A stretch of 28,711 nt of DNA from Campylobacterota bacterium (GTDB lineage: Bacteria > Campylobacterota > Campylobacteria > Campylobacterales > Sulfurovaceae), in assembly GCA_034722955.1 (NCBI GenBank), contig JAYEOM010000139.1:1-28711 (forward strand), written 5' to 3'. The position numbers and the translations under genes are program-made. A model generated the notes under the pieces. That model was not told the origin of the DNA and did not search any database. It saw only the letters and a list, made by a program, of their open reading frames with translations. Below, in pieces: positions 26,539 to 28,711 of the stretch; positions within the stretch are counted from its first letter, which is position 1; each line of letters begins with the position of its first letter.

Positions 26539-28711
26539 TGAACTATAGGTCTACTCAGATGAGACGGTGGTTGAGTATTCTCTTTGTGGTATCTCTATGG
26601 GCTACTCTTCTGGGTGCAGATAGTGCAAGCAAAAAAAATCTATATAGAAAATCTCAGAAATTTAACAGTGAAGGCTACAGACTATATCATAAAGGCGACT
26701 ATGCTTCTGCTAAAAAGAAGTTTCAAAAATATATATCTATAGAGGAGAAGCGTCTGGACAAAAATGATCCGGATCTTGGATCTGTATACAATAATATAGC
26801 CAATGTTTACAGCAATATGCTTGACTACGGAACTGCTGTAGAGTATTATCAAAAATCTATAGATTTTCATGAAAAATTCTCTGGCAAGATGGCATTGGGA
26901 GCTTCAGCAAGCTATAGTGGTTTAGCCGATCTATACAGTAAGCTAAAAGAGCATAAAAAAGCTATATATTATTTGGAAAAATCCATACTATTGACACAAA
27001 AAGATAAAAAAAATCAACATGTACTCCCACATAACTATAATCAAATCGCATCACTCTATACAGTCACCAACAACCTGCCAAAAGCATTAGAGTACTCTAA
27101 AAAATCATTGGAGTTATTTCAGAAGAGTTATGGGAGATACCACTCACAAACTGCTAAAGCATACAACCAAATAGGCAACCTCTACTACAGGATGGGAGAC
27201 CATCAAAAAACATCAGAGTATTACGAAAAAGCTTCAGCCATCAATGAAAAACTGCTAAAAGATACGAGTCGCGGAAAAGAGAATTTTCTTATCGCTTTAG
27301 AGTATGCGAAGATGGCGAATTTCTACAGTGACATTAACGACCTTAACAGATCACTTATCTATCGAGAAAAAGAGTTGAGTATATATGAAAAGTATGGAGA
27401 TAAAAAAGGTGTCTTTATCCCAACTACATATAACAATATAGCCTCTCTATATTATAGTATGGGAGAGTACAACAACTCATTGAAATATTTAAAAAAAGCT
27501 TTGAAGATAAAGGAGAAGGGATTTGGAAAAAGAAACCCCGAGACAGTTAAACTATACTCAAATATAGCTTATCTCTATCGAACCTTAGGAGATGATCAAA
27601 AATCACTATCTTATCACAAAAAAGCACTCAAAGGGTGCGGAGAGGGGTGCGGAAAGGAGCATCCGAACAATGCTAGTATATATAATGATCTAAGTTTACT
27701 ATATATCAATATGACAAACTATTCCGAAGCATACCACTACGCTCTACTCTCTTTTGACAACTTATTGGCAAACAGGGATCAAATATTTTCTATTTTAGAT
27801 GTAAAGGGAAAAGAGAAATACCTCAAAGATAATATCATACAAGTTGCTCTGTTGATGTATACAACCACATACTACCTTATTGAGCTAAATCAAAAGCAGA
27901 GTACTCAAAAATTCACAGAGACTCTCCAGACGAGTATCAACGCTTGGCTCAACTATAAAGGCTCTATCTTTGATAGTGAAAACTCCATAGCAACGCTCTA
28001 CGCCTCCACCAAAGATAAAAAACTCAAAACAAAGATAGATGATCTAGTCAGCCACAAAAGAGAGTTAGCCAAACTATATCAATCCCTCCCAAAACCAAAA
28101 GAGAGAGAAGAGTGGCAAAAGAGTATCAAGGAGATAGAAGAGAAGATATCAAAGTTAACTCATGATATATCCTCCAAAAATAGCATCTTCAAGGAGCAGC
28201 AGGGTTTAGAGAGTATTGACTGTAGAGAGATTGCATCAAGGCTTAAAGAGAATGAACTCTATATAGACTATGCTAAAGTAGGCGATGTCTATTATCTCTT
28301 CACGCTTGACCACAAAGAGAGTATAACTTTTACATTCAGTGATGCCAACAGTACCAAAAAGATAAACACCCTAGTCAAATCATTTAGAGAAGATATCACT
28401 GCTATTATCAATGATACCAATATAAGTGATAAAGAGTTAAAAACATTAACAGAGAGTTCAAAAGAGAAACTATCACAACTCTATGACCTTGTCATAAAGA
28501 GACTATTAGGCGATACTATCAAAGATAAAAGATCTCTCATCATCTCCCCTGATGGAGCACTCAGACTTCTACCATTTGAGACACTCTATAATAAAGAGAA
28601 TAATCAATACTTTATAGAAGAGAAGGAGATACGATATATACCTAGTGGCAAAGAGTTAGTAAGGCTCTATAGATACTCTAAGGAGAAAAAGTCTAAAAGA
28701 GAGAAGAGTAC
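26538..28711 (+). CDS. Secreted TPR-repeat plus CHAT (caspase-like) domain protein, partial (runs off the window)
   Basis: ATG overlaps the PLD stop (TGATG). Signal peptide (RRWLSILFVVSLWATLLGA), TPRs such as GSVYNNIANVY and TAKAYNQIGNLYY, then AWLNYKGSIFD and LIISPDGALRLLPFETL (CHAT N-part) in the same frame. Absent from the ORF track, consistent with no stop before the window end. Confidence 0.85.
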   Translation, partial: MNYRSTQMRRWLSILFVVSLWATLLGADSASKKNLYRKSQKFNSEGYRLYHKGDYASAKKKFQKYISIEEKRLDKNDPDLGSVYNNIANVYSNMLDYGTAVEYYQKSIDFHEKFSGKMALGASASYSGLADLYSKLKEHKKAIYYLEKSILLTQKDKKNQHVLPHNYNQIASLYTVTNNLPKALEYSKKSLELFQKSYGRYHSQTAKAYNQIGNLYYRMGDHQKTSEYYEKASAINEKLLKDTSRGKENFLIALEYAKMANFYSDINDLNRSLIYREKELSIYEKYGDKKGVFIPTTYNNIASLYYSMGEYNNSLKYLKKALKIKEKGFGKRNPETVKLYSNIAYLYRTLGDDQKSLSYHKKALKGCGEGCGKEHPNNASIYNDLSLLYINMTNYSEAYHYALLSFDNLLANRDQIFSILDVKGKEKYLKDNIIQVALLMYTTTYYLIELNQKQSTQKFTETLQTSINAWLNYKGSIFDSENSIATLYASTKDKKLKTKIDDLVSHKRELAKLYQSLPKPKEREEWQKSIKEIEEKISKLTHDISSKNSIFKEQQGLESIDCREIASRLKENELYIDYAKVGDVYYLFTLDHKESITFTFSDANSTKKINTLVKSFREDITAIINDTNISDKELKTLTESSKEKLSQLYDLVIKRLLGDTIKDKRSLIISPDGALRLLPFETLYNKENNQYFIEEKEIRYIPSGKELVRLYRYSKEKKSKREKS

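Noticed and set aside
26682..26870. 62-aa minus-strand ORF
   Set aside because: Antisense to the TPR-CHAT frame.
1..28711. CRISPR arrays, tRNA/rRNA genes, selenocysteine read-through in the molybdoenzyme
   Set aside because: No regularly spaced repeats or RNA-gene signatures seen by eye; the Mo subunit frame is uninterrupted and has Cys at the putative ligand position.

Overview
AT-rich bacterial DNA, most likely Campylobacterota (Sulfurovum/Sulfurimonas-like), judged from the gatC-pilT-cvpA-fur-lysS synteny and protein style. Four zones. (1) 1-8.1 kb is an accessory region with mobile-element debris: an internally deleted group II intron at 1-351, a separate group II intron 3' end at 5988-6061, REP-like palindromes and a repeated IS-end-like motif. 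It also holds a DUF4349-like gene, an RlaP-like nucleotidyltransferase, an L,D-transpeptidase, hypotheticals and a DUF2157/DUF4824 pair. (2) 8.1-14.7 kb is core genes: lysS (with an unusual C-terminal 4-Cys tail), fur, cvpA, pilT and gatC, then ferredoxin-thioredoxin reductase, rhodanese, dapE and a thioredoxin. (3) 14.9-23.3 kb is a polysulfide-reductase-like molybdoenzyme operon (B-C-A, TorD chaperone, polyferredoxin) with a 158-bp MITE inside it and three uncharacterised genes after it. One of these looks like shikimate dehydrogenase with its whole NAD(P)-binding domain removed, the most novel-looking item here. (4) 23.3-28.7 kb holds a truncated histidine kinase, an NlpC/P60 protein, a phospholipase D lipoprotein and a coupled, secreted TPR-CHAT gene that the ORF track missed because it runs off the window. 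All family calls come from recognising motifs by eye; no searches were run.
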